64,000 nucleotides of DNA. Origin: Candidatus Heimdallarchaeota archaeon (GTDB lineage Archaea; Asgardarchaeota; Heimdallarchaeia; Hodarchaeales; Hodarchaeaceae). The notes under the pieces were generated by a model. The model was not told the origin of the DNA. It did no database searches and worked only from the letters and a program-made list of their open reading frames with translations. The DNA is taken from NCBI GenBank assembly GCA_020353515.1, contig CP070695.1:1303637-1367636 (forward strand), read 5' to 3'. Positions 28,399 through 38,150 of this stretch are shown piece after piece. Within the stretch, counting starts at the first letter, position 1. Each line of letters starts with the position of its first letter. The translations under genes were made by a program, and so were the position numbers.

Positions 28399-28517
28399 CT
28401 TTAATCACCAGAGAGAATATAAAGTAGGAACATAGAGATTGATTAGACTATTACTAGATCTTTCTGAAAAATTTTCCCACCAATAAATATTCAAAGTCCT
28501 CAAAACTTTTCAAACCA

Positions 28518-29993
28518 TTGACGGATAGATGTGATTTGGACTATCTATTTTTTTTCCTATTGAGCATTAATATTATTTCAGGGCTTCTTCTTCTTCCATA
28601 TCCAATCAATATGTTTCTTCTCGCGATTTCATCACGTAAATGGAAGGATCCTCAAATTATGGAGTACTATAAAGAATCTGAGCTTCCTAATGTTACAATT
28701 CAGCTGCCTGTTTTTAATGAGTCTAGAATTATTCGACGTACTCTTTCTAACCTTACTAGACTATTATATCCAAAGGATAAACTACATATTCAGGTTCTTG
28801 ATGATTCTACCGATCAAACAGTGTCGATTCTTGATACTGAAGTTCTATCTCTTAAAAACCAAGGAATAAATATCGAAGTAATTCGTAGAAGGAGTAGAGA
28901 GGGGTATAAAGCTGGAGCTCTGGTAAATGGATTAAAACATGGAGTTTCTGAATTTATTGTGATTTTTGATGCCGATTTTCAGCCCAACACCCAATTTTTG
29001 ATGGATTCAATTCACCACTTCAAAAACAATGATCAATTAGGTGCCATTCAAACCCGCTGGGTTCATTCCAATCTTAATTTTTCTTTATTTACTCGATCCA
29101 TGGCAATTGGGCTTGATGGTCATTTTCTTGTTGAAAAACCAGGTCGTAAAAGAAGGAATGCCTTCATCACCTTTAATGGCACTGGTGGAATATGGAGACG
29201 TTCAGCAATAGAAGACTGTGGGGGATGGTCTTCAGCAACGCTTGCAGAAGATTTGGATCTAGCATATCGTGCTCAGATGAAGGGTTATGAGATTATTTAT
29301 TTAAAGGATGTTACCAACTCGCAAGAAGTTCCTCCCACGATTCGCTGTTGGATCATCCAACAAAGTAGATGGTCAAAAGGATTCTCACAGAATATAAGGA
29401 AGAATTATATTTCATTTTGGAAGAAATCAAAAGGAAAATCACGTATTCAGGGGACAATTCACCAAACTCAATATTTGGTACCGCTTTTGATCTTAATTAT
29501 AACAATAACAAGCTCCTTATTGTTATTCTTTCCTGAATATGATGGAACCTTATTGACTATTTTCAGTGTTTTCTATTCTGTTGCTGCGATCTTAGGTCTC
29601 TTGGCTTATATGGTTTCAGTAATTAGAGCAAAAAGGCCACTTAGAGATATTTTATTAATTCCATTTTTCCTTTTTTGGGGAGCTGGATTAATAGTCAGAA
29701 TGGGATTAGGTACATTAAGCGGACTAATTAGGAAGGGAGGAGAATTTGAAAGAACTCCCAAGTTTAATTTATTCAATGATCAGAAGAAAAGCTCAATTAA
29801 CATTAGGGAGAAAATTCCTTTGGATAAAGTACTTTTGGCTGAATTGGCTTATATTGTGATCATTGGTATAGGCTTACTTAAAGGAATAGAATTAGGAGGA
29901 TTGTTTCTGTCTCAAGTGGTCTTCTACTCATTTCTTCTTCTTAGTCTATTGAATCTGGTGCTCTCTGAACTGTTACATGCTCTGGCTAGGTGA
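28518..29993 (+). CDS. Membrane GT2 glycosyltransferase, cellulose-synthase-like (QxxRW type)
   Basis: QLPVFNE, LDDSTD, KAGAL, IFDADF, LAEDLD, QQSRW; N- and C-terminal TMs. Confidence 0.88.
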   Translation: MTDRCDLDYLFFFLLSINIISGLLLLPYPINMFLLAISSRKWKDPQIMEYYKESELPNVTIQLPVFNESRIIRRTLSNLTRLLYPKDKLHIQVLDDSTDQTVSILDTEVLSLKNQGINIEVIRRRSREGYKAGALVNGLKHGVSEFIVIFDADFQPNTQFLMDSIHHFKNNDQLGAIQTRWVHSNLNFSLFTRSMAIGLDGHFLVEKPGRKRRNAFITFNGTGGIWRRSAIEDCGGWSSATLAEDLDLAYRAQMKGYEIIYLKDVTNSQEVPPTIRCWIIQQSRWSKGFSQNIRKNYISFWKKSKGKSRIQGTIHQTQYLVPLLILIITITSSLLLFFPEYDGTLLTIFSVFYSVAAILGLLAYMVSVIRAKRPLRDILLIPFFLFWGAGLIVRMGLGTLSGLIRKGGEFERTPKFNLFNDQKKSSINIREKIPLDKVLLAELAYIVIIGIGLLKGIELGGLFLSQVVFYSFLLLSLLNLVLSELLHALAR

Positions 29994-29996
29994 ATA

Positions 29997-30419
29997 TTAA
30001 CTTCTTATAATTCCCACACAATCATGTTTCTCTGGTAAGCGGTGCTCAGCACAGAAGTAGCTATTACAATAACTACAGGTAAAACCCATCAGTTCTTTTT
30101 TCCCACAATATTCGCATGAACCTCTCATAACGGTTTTTTTGACTGTTTTAGGAGGAGGAATTATAGTTGGGCGGAAAGATGGCGATTGTGGAGTGTAATA
30201 CTGATTATAAGGAGAAGTTCGAACTTGGCCTCTCATTGGCTGTATAATAAGGATATAGGCAATTATTAAAGAAATTAAAGTCGTAGTTCCACCTAAGAAG
30301 AGTAAATAAGTAACACTGGTTGAAAAAACTGATGAAAAAAGAGACATAATAATAATTAGGATTATTGAGAAAACTCCAAGAATTAGAGCTAGTTGTTCTT
30401 GTTGAGTAAGCTTATACAA
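29997..30419 (-). CDS. Two-TM protein with C-terminal AN1-type zinc finger
   Basis: CEYCG...FTCSYC...FCAEHRLPEKHDC. Confidence 0.85.
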   Translation of the reverse strand: MYKLTQQEQLALILGVFSIILIIIMSLFSSVFSTSVTYLLFLGGTTTLISLIIAYILIIQPMRGQVRTSPYNQYYTPQSPSFRPTIIPPPKTVKKTVMRGSCEYCGKKELMGFTCSYCNSYFCAEHRLPEKHDCVGIIRS

Positions 30420-31002
30420 TGAATATCCCCCTGAAGGGATGAAATAGCCATAAAATGACTGTTATTCCCATGATTACTCCAAAGACCCCACTATGCCAAC
30501 GATAGACTTTAGCACCATCTAGAATGGAAAAGGGGATAAGATTGAATAAAGCCAGATCAATAGAAACCCTACTCACGAATAATAAAACATTTGTAAAATT
30601 TAATGGCATTAAAGCTGAAAAAAACAGAAATAACCCACCTAACAAGATATTTAATAATGGTCCAGCCATAGCAATCCGTGCTTCAGTGTCAGGACGATAT
30701 GTTCCAGAACTTAATACGACACCTGGTGCAATAATTTTCACTGGAAATACTGGAACTATTGAAAACAAAGAAAAAATGGCCATATTTGGATCAAGTCGAA
30801 AGTTCGAGGTTAACCCATTACCTTGAGCTACAAATTTATGTGCTAATTCATGAAGAAACCAAAGTGGAATGATGAATAACGCTAGAATTAGTAGTTCCAA
30901 AAGTGTGTCGAAATCGTAAATTGCTATAGAAAGTTCAACTACCACAAATATTAATGTCCCAATTAATAAATCACGCTTCTCAATTTGTGTAAATGAAAAC
31001 AT
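30412..31002 (-). CDS. Site-2 protease (peptidase M50)
   Basis: LHELAH, AGPLLN, FNLIPFSILDG. Confidence 0.9.
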   Translation of the reverse strand: MFSFTQIEKRDLLIGTLIFVVVELSIAIYDFDTLLELLILALFIIPLWFLHELAHKFVAQGNGLTSNFRLDPNMAIFSLFSIVPVFPVKIIAPGVVLSSGTYRPDTEARIAMAGPLLNILLGGLFLFFSALMPLNFTNVLLFVSRVSIDLALFNLIPFSILDGAKVYRWHSGVFGVIMGITVILWLFHPFRGIFIV

Positions 31003-31023
31003 CCTAAAAAGCAGCCTCTCTCC

Positions 31024-31206
31024 TTACTTATCACTAATTTGATTGACCAATTTTTCCCATGTACCAAGTTCCTGCTTCAATAATTCTTCAATAGCAATTC
31101 TTAAAAAATGAGACCGAGATTCATATTGTTCAATACGTACAAAATTATCTATAAGGATCAGTATCTGATCTGGGATTTTAATACTGATAGGTTTCTGACG
31201 CGTCAT
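31024..31206 (-). CDS. Ribbon-helix-helix (CopG/NikR-like) regulator
   Basis: ISIKIP...ID..V....YESRSHFLRIAIEELL. Confidence 0.8.
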   Translation of the reverse strand: MTRQKPISIKIPDQILILIDNFVRIEQYESRSHFLRIAIEELLKQELGTWEKLVNQISDK

Positions 31207-31439
31207 TAGTGCATCCTCTCGTTACTTCAGTATAAGGCTACTTATTTCACTTTATATCTTTGTTTTTTCATTTTTTAAATGCTTTCTCAGACCTAATAAC
31301 TTTTTTGTTTTTTCAATGCTGCAATTTTAATCGTTTTACCTTTATAAAAAAATAAAGGGAAAGATATTACCAGTTATAAAAAAGAAACAATTTTATATCT
31401 TGGTTATCTTGCTTAATTTTTAGAGTAAGGTGTCCTAAA

Positions 31440-32690
31440 GTGAAAAGTGTTCTAATAGTGCCTACTGGTATTCTCGTAGGAGAGAAAGTCCAAGAAACGG
31501 TTAAAATTATTGATTCTATATGGTTTGATGAAAATTTCACAGTAACGAATGATAATCTAGGAGACTACATTAAAAAAGAAGGGAGTAGACTTGTAGAATT
31601 GCTTGATCAAACGGAAGAGGAGATTATTTCTGACAATCCCCATATTACTGATTTCTTACGTCAAGAAGGTTTTGAAAACGCCAGATTCGCTATAGCTGAG
31701 GAATTAACTCCATTTAGGAGGTTAATAAATGATTATATTAACAAGAATATGCAGATAAAACCTTCTATTTCGCTATCAAGCATCATTCGAGAGAAAGCAA
31801 TGCAGAGAACACGAGTACTCTTAAGGGAAAAAGTCGAAGCGAGGGATGTTTACCTCGCGCAGGCAATCAAGAGTATAGATGATGTGAATTCCATTCTTAA
31901 CTTAATTTATGCGCGATTGTCTGAATGGTATGGTATTCACTTTCCAGAATTACAGGATTTAGTACGAGATAATCCTCAATACATCACATTGATTTCAAAA
32001 ACAGGAGGAGCTATCCGAACAAACCTTAATGAGGATTCACTGTCTCATTTATCTGATAAAAGACGTGAACTCATTTTACAAGCAACAAAACAATCTCTTG
32101 GTACAGAGATCTCAACCTATGACATGAATCCAATCTCGCAACTGGCACGGTTTGGTGTTGAAATTCTAAAAACTAAAGATGATCTAGAAAAATATATTGA
32201 TGAAAGTATGAAGGAAGTTGCCCCAAACATTCAATGTCTCGTAGGAAGCCTTCTAGGCGCACGTTTAATAGCTCTTGCAGGGAGCCTTGAAAACCTAGCT
32301 AAATGTTCGTCTGGAACAGTGCAAGTTTTAGGGGCGGAGAAAGCACTATTCCGACATCTAAGATCAGGTGAAGATCCACCAAAGCATGGCGTTATTTTCC
32401 AATCTTCTTACATTCATTCATCTAAGAAACATCAGCGAGGAAAGATAGCACGAGCGCTAGCTGGCAAGTTATCCATTGCTGCAAGAGTAGATTTTTTTAG
32501 CGGTGAATTCATGGGCACCACTCTTGTGAAAGAATTAGAGAAAAAAATAGAAGATATTAAAACAGCGTTTCCTGAACCTTCAGAAGAGCAACTCGCACAA
32601 AAACGTATTAAAAAGAAGCGAAAGCGCAAATCCTCTTTTAAAAAAGGAAAAAGGGACTTTAAAGGTAAAAAAAGGCAAAAAAGAAATTAA
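31440..32690 (+). CDS. nop5: C/D box sRNP protein Nop5 (Nop56/58)
   Basis: EWYGIHFPEL, APN...LVG..LGARLI, QVLGAEKALFR, PKHGVI, RGKIARALA. Confidence 0.96.
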   Translation: MKSVLIVPTGILVGEKVQETVKIIDSIWFDENFTVTNDNLGDYIKKEGSRLVELLDQTEEEIISDNPHITDFLRQEGFENARFAIAEELTPFRRLINDYINKNMQIKPSISLSSIIREKAMQRTRVLLREKVEARDVYLAQAIKSIDDVNSILNLIYARLSEWYGIHFPELQDLVRDNPQYITLISKTGGAIRTNLNEDSLSHLSDKRRELILQATKQSLGTEISTYDMNPISQLARFGVEILKTKDDLEKYIDESMKEVAPNIQCLVGSLLGARLIALAGSLENLAKCSSGTVQVLGAEKALFRHLRSGEDPPKHGVIFQSSYIHSSKKHQRGKIARALAGKLSIAARVDFFSGEFMGTTLVKELEKKIEDIKTAFPEPSEEQLAQKRIKKKRKRKSSFKKGKRDFKGKKRQKRN

Positions 32691-32712
32691 TTACCCTTAA
32701 GAGTGGAAAAAG

Positions 32713-33393
32713 ATGGAACTAGCAAAAACCAATATTGAAGGACTTTTCCAAGTAAAAGTGAATGATAAATCTCGATTAGTAACACACAACAAAGTCCCAG
32801 GTAAATCCGTATATGGAGAAATGTTACTTTCTATCAGTGGGGAAGAATATCGTGTATGGGATCCTTATCGGTCAAAATTTGCAGCTGCGTTTTTATCGGG
32901 GATGAAAGAGCTCCCACAGATTCAAGATAAACGAATTTTGTATCTAGGAGTATCAACAGGAACAACTGCTTCTCATTTCTCTGATATCTTGGTTAATGGG
33001 GTAATTTTTGGAATTGAATTTTCTCCCAAGGTAATGCGACGATTCTTTCGTTTAGCAGAACAAAGAGATAATCTAATTCCGATACTTGCAGATGCAAGAA
33101 GACCAGAGGAATATTCTCCTTTTGTCTTTGAGGTAGATATGATCTATCAAGATGTTGCTCAACCAGAACAAGCTACTATATTCGGACGTAACTCTCAGGA
33201 ATTTTTGAGGTCAGGAGGATATGGCTTCTTAGCAGTCAAATCACAGAGTATTGATGTTGTTCTCAAGCCAGGTGAGGTGTTTTCCAAACAGATGGAAGTG
33301 TTAGAACAAGAATTTGGGTTAGAAATTCAAGAATTTGGGTCTATTGATGCTTTTGAGAAGAAACACGCAGTAATAATTGTGAAAAAGCCATAG
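32713..33393 (+). CDS. flpA: Fibrillarin-like rRNA/tRNA 2'-O-methyltransferase
   Basis: SVYGE, WDPYRSK, LYLGVSTGTT.SH, DARRP, QDVAQ. Confidence 0.96.
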   Translation: MELAKTNIEGLFQVKVNDKSRLVTHNKVPGKSVYGEMLLSISGEEYRVWDPYRSKFAAAFLSGMKELPQIQDKRILYLGVSTGTTASHFSDILVNGVIFGIEFSPKVMRRFFRLAEQRDNLIPILADARRPEEYSPFVFEVDMIYQDVAQPEQATIFGRNSQEFLRSGGYGFLAVKSQSIDVVLKPGEVFSKQMEVLEQEFGLEIQEFGSIDAFEKKHAVIIVKKP

Positions 33394-33417
33394 GAATATA
33401 AAAGAGCAATTAAGGAT

Positions 33418-33768
33418 TTATCCATAATCTCTCCAAGTGTGTCCACAGCGTTTACAGCGGTAAAATGTTGTTGAGGCTTCATCGGCACTCCGTGTTTGTA
33501 ATTGCCAGTAAAAAGCTTCATTATTATTGCATTTATCACAAAGAGTTGCTGCAGTTGGCATTGTTTCAAGGCCATGAGGTTCTTCAATAATAACAGTTTT
33601 TTCCATTTCAGAATGATGAATCTTCTGCGAAATTTCGAAAGCTTTTGAATTCGAATCTGAACTAATAGTTTTTCCACAAGCAGGGCATCTCATCTGAATT
33701 TTTCCGTTTGGTTGTCTTTCAGGAACTAGAAGAGCGCCACAATCACAAAATTGCATTATCATCATCAA
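33418..33768 (-). CDS. tfs: Transcription factor S (transcript cleavage factor)
   Basis: Two Zn ribbons; QTRSADE acidic hairpin intact. Confidence 0.93.
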   Translation of the reverse strand: MMMIMQFCDCGALLVPERQPNGKIQMRCPACGKTISSDSNSKAFEISQKIHHSEMEKTVIIEEPHGLETMPTAATLCDKCNNNEAFYWQLQTRSADEASTTFYRCKRCGHTWRDYG

Positions 33769-34005
33769 GTCTTTGCTGAAGGAACGTATTAAGCGAAATT
33801 ATGGCTTTCTTTTAAAGTAGTTGGATGATTAACCAAGTTTATTAAAGAATAATACAATTTAATGTTTCAGAAGTAATAGGATCACTTAAAATATCCAATG
33901 AAGAAGCCCCTAATAATGCAATGATTTCAATAGGAAAGTCATGTTGCTGTTATAATTGCAGGTCGACTCAAGAAACTCAGTAGCTTGTGATTCAATCATT
34001 GATTT

Positions 34006-34021
34006 GATCTATTAATAGATC
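34006..34021. promoter_or_regulatory. Perfect 16-bp palindrome GATCTATTAATAGATC abutting a TATA-like TTTTAAG
   Basis: Seen directly, ~50 nt upstream of the RPA14-like gene in the tfs/RPA14 divergent spacer. Confidence 0.35.
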
Positions 34022-34068
34022 TTTTAAGTTTAACATCTAGTTTAATAGAAGTGAAAGAAGGAGATGAA

Positions 34069-34377
34069 ATGAGAAGGAAGTCTTCAATACCTTATGGTGA
34101 AACTACTATTCTATCTCTCCAAAATATTGCAGCTGAGACAAAATTCCAGTTAATTGCCAAGGTCAAGAATATTAATCAAACCAAAATCACAATTACTGAT
34201 GATCACGAAGATTTAGAACTTAATATTGAAGGAGAAGAATTACCAGATTTAGAAACTGGAGAAGTCGTCATTGTTTTTGGTAAAAAAACAGATTCAGGAA
34301 TTCTTAAAGAACGTATCATTAGATCAAATCTTGATTGGGGGCTTTATCAAAAAACACGAGAATTAGAGTCAAAATGA
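34069..34377 (+). CDS. Small OB-fold protein, RPA14/RPA3-like
   Basis: OB strands (LIAKV...ITITDD...VVIVFG) and C-terminal LDWGLYQK helix typical of RPA small subunits. Confidence 0.55.
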   Translation: MRRKSSIPYGETTILSLQNIAAETKFQLIAKVKNINQTKITITDDHEDLELNIEGEELPDLETGEVVIVFGKKTDSGILKERIIRSNLDWGLYQKTRELESK

Positions 34378-34570
34378 TTACCAAAGATTTGTGAGTCCTT
34401 TTTTTAAACCCAATAGGTAGATTCCAAATTGATTGTAATATGCCTAATCTTCAAAGCTTAGGCAATTAGAAGTGAATATTTTTCGAATATTCGTCAGTAA
34501 TAATGGTATTGCCAAAATTTTCTTCAATTGGGGTTTCAGTAATTATCCCAAGTAATTGGAGGCATTTGAG

Positions 34571-35014
34571 TTGTCCATGATTGGTGCTGCTAAAAGATCA
34601 TATCAAAAGGAGATTATTTCCTTCGTTAATAAGAGAGTCGCCGTCATTTTAAAAAATCAGAAAAAATATGTGGGAGAACTTAAGGGAGTTAATCCTGAAA
34701 CTCTTACATGTGTATTGATTAAAGCAAAACGTGAAGATGAAGCAACAGAGCTACATCGAATCTGTATAAATGGTGATCAAATATCTGAAATTTATCTAGA
34801 AGAAGCCCCCTTCGATCTTCTGGGATTAAAGGATGAACTAGAACAGATTTTTCGTCGTCCTGGTGATGTAAAGGTCTACGATGAAGCTGGGCTTATAGTG
34901 GTACTTGAACGAGTTCGAGTTTCAGAGAGTGGTGTGGAAGGCACAGGACCCGTTGCTGATCGTGTTCGTGCCATATTTGACCGCTATGCATTAACTCAAA
35001 GTTCTGAGGAATAA
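34571..35014 (+). CDS. Lsm protein with C-terminal domain (SmAP3 type)
   Basis: Sm1/Sm2 (NKRVAVIL...YVGELKG...INGDQISEI) plus PFDL...VRVSESGVEGTGPVADRV extension. Confidence 0.85.
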   Translation: MSMIGAAKRSYQKEIISFVNKRVAVILKNQKKYVGELKGVNPETLTCVLIKAKREDEATELHRICINGDQISEIYLEEAPFDLLGLKDELEQIFRRPGDVKVYDEAGLIVVLERVRVSESGVEGTGPVADRVRAIFDRYALTQSSEE

Positions 35015-35024
35015 GGGGTTATAT

Positions 35025-35390
35025 ATGATCATAAAAGCTGAAAGGATGCGAACTGAACTTGATTCAGACAATGACCTTTGGCTTATTGATTTCCGCGATG
35101 AAGATCAAGGAGTAAGAGGAAGAATCGAGATTCCATCTAAAATAGTCTCGATGGAAGATGTGAAAAGTTTTGAAATCGAAATCCTCCCCCGTGATTCTGT
35201 AAAGAAAGACCCATTAGATTACTCTGGCGCAATGATCGTGTATAACGCAACAAATTTTCGAACTAAACCTCTAGGTACAGAAAAAGTGTACTCATTTTCC
35301 GCAGGAGGATTAATGCTTCGATTATTTTCTACAAAAGCAATAAAGGATTTCAAGACAGTCCTCAAAGGATTCATAATTATTATACGATAA
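35025..35390 (+). CDS. rpo8: RNA polymerase subunit Rpo8/RPB8 homolog
   Basis: FSAGGLMLRL matches the RPB8 S.GGLLM.L signature; size fits. Confidence 0.7.
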   Translation: MIIKAERMRTELDSDNDLWLIDFRDEDQGVRGRIEIPSKIVSMEDVKSFEIEILPRDSVKKDPLDYSGAMIVYNATNFRTKPLGTEKVYSFSAGGLMLRLFSTKAIKDFKTVLKGFIIIIR

Positions 35391-35470
35391 GACATGATTA
35401 TTCGAAGTAATCTCCGCAAATTAAACCGAAACACAAAATAAAAAACTATATACCAACAAAAATCAGCGAA

Positions 35471-35555
35471 GCGGGGGTTTCCCAGCCAGGTCAAAGGAGC
35501 TAGGTTGAGGTCCTAGTCGCATAGGCGTTCGTGAGTTCAAATCTCACCCCCCGCA
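35471..35555 (+). tRNA. tRNA-Leu(GAG), intronless
   Basis: GCGGGGG/CCCCCGC acceptor, CTAGG-TTGAGGT-CCTAG, variable arm, GTGAG-TTCAAAT-CTCAC. Confidence 0.95.
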
Positions 35556-35695
35556 TTAATCCAAAACAAATCTTTTGTTTCTTACTGAAATTTCAATATT
35601 TTTTTTTATTTTATCTCATTTTCATTCATTCCCATAAGAAGGGGGGCGAAGCTTAGAGTTTCACAACAATCTTATCCTAGATTTCAATAATAGGA

Positions 35696-35738
35696 TTGAG
35701 CTAAATTGTTATGTAATGTTGAGCTAAATTGTAATGTA
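35696..35738 (+). repeat. Two-copy direct repeat TTGAGCTAAATTGT(T/A)ATGTA, period 23
   Basis: 19 of 20 nt identical at 35696 and 35719. Confidence 0.6.
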
Positions 35739-35889
35739 TGTAAGTCATTCCTAGTTTTGCGGAAATTTGAATCACAGTTCTTTTTAATCAGAGTTACATG
35801 TGTTTTTGATTGGACTCTAAATGGTATCTGTAGTTCTTGCAGGGATTGATCAATTGAAAATTAGGTCAGATTTGGGTTGAGGTTTGTAG

Positions 35890-36675
35890 TTGAAATTTAA
35901 TCTTGATTCAATTTTATACCGATTATATGAAAGGAGATTATGGGCAGAAATAAAGGATGGAATTGAACAAGGAGTCCATCCCCGTCATGTTGCATTGATT
36001 ATGGATGGGAATCGGCGTTATGCTCGTTCTAAAAATTTACCGAGTAGCTTAGGTCATCATTTGGGGCGGGAAAAACTGAAAGATATCCTTCGTTGGTTCT
36101 ATGATTTACAAATCGATTTTGTCACATTATATGCTTTTTCAACTGAGAATTTTGAACGGGATGAAGAAGAAGTAAAAGAGTTAATGCAACTCTTTGAAAA
36201 GAGCTTCCGTGAAATCGTAGATCATCCTGAAATCAAAAAGCGAAATGTGAAGATCAAAGTTATTGGCCGAACTCATCTTCTCCCACCACGTGTTCAAGAG
36301 GCTATAAAAGACGCAGAAGAAATCACAAATACTAATGCCAAGGGACCGACTTTAATCATTGCAGTTGGTTATGGGGGTCGCGCAGAGATGATAGATGCAA
36401 TTAAATCAATTGCAAAAAAAGTTGAAAGGGGAAATATGACGATAGACGATATAAATGAAGTTGTAGTTGAACGTCATCTATATACAAATGGGATTCCTGA
36501 TCCAGATCTCATTATTCGAACATCAGGGGAGGAACGTCTTTCTGGATTCTTAACTTGGCAATCAGCTTATAGTGAGTTATATTTTGCCGATGTTTATTTC
36601 CCAAGTTTTCGAAAAATTGATCTATGGCGAGCTATTCGAACATATCAATCTCGACGACGTCGATTTGGGAAATGA
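35890..36675 (+). CDS. uppS: cis-prenyltransferase (polyprenyl diphosphate synthase)
   Basis: HVALIMDGNRR, YAFSTENF, YGGRAE, IRTSGEERLSGF, RRFG. Confidence 0.96.
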   Translation: MKFNLDSILYRLYERRLWAEIKDGIEQGVHPRHVALIMDGNRRYARSKNLPSSLGHHLGREKLKDILRWFYDLQIDFVTLYAFSTENFERDEEEVKELMQLFEKSFREIVDHPEIKKRNVKIKVIGRTHLLPPRVQEAIKDAEEITNTNAKGPTLIIAVGYGGRAEMIDAIKSIAKKVERGNMTIDDINEVVVERHLYTNGIPDPDLIIRTSGEERLSGFLTWQSAYSELYFADVYFPSFRKIDLWRAIRTYQSRRRRFGK

Positions 36676-36680
36676 AAATT

Positions 36681-37442
36681 TTAGGTATACATACGTCTAG
36701 AGGTTAATTTGTCTTTTTCTGTTTCTTCCATTGGTGCCAATTGTCGTTTAATTTCTTCTTCGATTACTCGAGCATTTCTTATTAGTGCATTGGTTTTAAC
36801 TTCTACCTGCAGCAGGGTGTTAAGCTTTTCAACTGCAGCCACAGCTCCCAAAGGATCAGGGCGATCTCTTTCCGCATAAGCAAGAAGACCAATTGCAGGG
36901 AACATGTTCATATCGAGATACCCTAGCATGATAGCGAGAGGACCGGCCACAAATAATCCAGGATCTAGTAAATTCGTGTTAACTTCTTCTGTAAACCCAT
37001 CAGGTAAACGTGAATAAGAATTAAAGGCACGACTTGGGATGTACTGCAGATTACTGTCTGAAGTTTTCAGATGTATATCGACTCCCCCAATAAAGAAAGC
37101 CATCTCGAGGTTTTTATGGCCTAGGATCCATTCAGACAGTTTTTCGGAAAATTCGATCTGCACATGGCGATATGGTTGGAGATGAGGAATAAAAACGGCA
37201 AAATTCAGATCTTGTTTTCCATAGATTTCAAATGGTAGTCTAAGTTGATTTTCTTGAACTGAAATGAAGGGTGGTGCCCCACTTGACATTATGGTAGCAA
37301 TCCTTTCCATATTCAGTTCTTGTATGAGATGGGAAACCGTAATGTATCCGATCTCTCCTAGGCCATGCCATCCGCTTATGAAAACCTGACATTTATTTAG
37401 AATTTCAGGCTGTTCAACGAAAATTTTAAATTTCATGAACAT
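36681..37442 (-). CDS. PAC2 family proteasome assembly chaperone
   Basis: GWHGLGEIGYITVSHLI, PDPLGA motif; C-terminal MYT (HbYX-like). Confidence 0.82.
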   Translation of the reverse strand: MFMKFKIFVEQPEILNKCQVFISGWHGLGEIGYITVSHLIQELNMERIATIMSSGAPPFISVQENQLRLPFEIYGKQDLNFAVFIPHLQPYRHVQIEFSEKLSEWILGHKNLEMAFFIGGVDIHLKTSDSNLQYIPSRAFNSYSRLPDGFTEEVNTNLLDPGLFVAGPLAIMLGYLDMNMFPAIGLLAYAERDRPDPLGAVAAVEKLNTLLQVEVKTNALIRNARVIEEEIKRQLAPMEETEKDKLTSRRMYT

Positions 37443-37460
37443 ATGCTCCTCGTGCTTTTG

Positions 37461-38150
37461 TTACTCTAGTCGATCTTCTCTTGCAATATATCTAGCCCTA
37501 CTTTGAATTTTTTTCATATGTTCAAAAGTTTTCCTGCCTTTCCTGTATACGCTGAAATATCCTAGCTGAAATACTTCAAATAAAGCTTTATACTCATGTG
37601 AAATTGCCTTCAAGGTACTATAAAAAGTGAGTAAATCATCAGCTTTCTTTTCTATTTCAATTGAAATTTGACCTAATCCAAAATCAATTAACCATGGTGT
37701 ACTTTTCATTCTAATTATGACATTGAAAACTGTTAAATCTCCATGGATTATATCATGTTTATGAAGAAGACCAACTTGCTGTCCAACTCCCTCAAATATC
37801 GATTTTAGTATAGTAAGAGAAGTTGAATTCATTAAAGAAAAGAGAATTTCTCCCTGGATTTCTTCAATTAGTAATGTATAATTACCTGAATCAATACCGA
37901 AAAGAACAGGTACACGAGCACCAATCTTCCATGCTTCAGTCATAATGCGAGCTTCTGCTCTTAATCGATGTAAACGGATAGTTTGATCTATTTGTGGCAA
38001 ACGGTAAGGCTTTGGAAGCCGATGTTTTAGAATAATTGGAGTTTCGAGGAATAATCCACGATAAATTACAGCTTCAGCCCCTTTAGCTAAGACTTTTTTT
38101 TGTACAATCTTCAATGAATCCAATTCACTTCCACTTGGTCGGTTCGCCAA
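37461..38150 (-). CDS. bud32: KEOPS kinase Bud32
   Basis: KGAEA, KPYRLP.ID, HGDLT..N, LIDFGL; follows kae1. Confidence 0.93.
   Translation of the reverse strand: MANRPSGSELDSLKIVQKKVLAKGAEAVIYRGLFLETPIILKHRLPKPYRLPQIDQTIRLHRLRAEARIMTEAWKIGARVPVLFGIDSGNYTLLIEEIQGEILFSLMNSTSLTILKSIFEGVGQQVGLLHKHDIIHGDLTVFNVIIRMKSTPWLIDFGLGQISIEIEKKADDLLTFYSTLKAISHEYKALFEVFQLGYFSVYRKGRKTFEHMKKIQSRARYIAREDRLE

Noticed and set aside
38111-38150. Kae1-Bud32 overlap as a programmed frameshift producing the fusion seen in other archaea
   Set aside because: No slippery sequence; Bud32 has its own plausible TTG starts.
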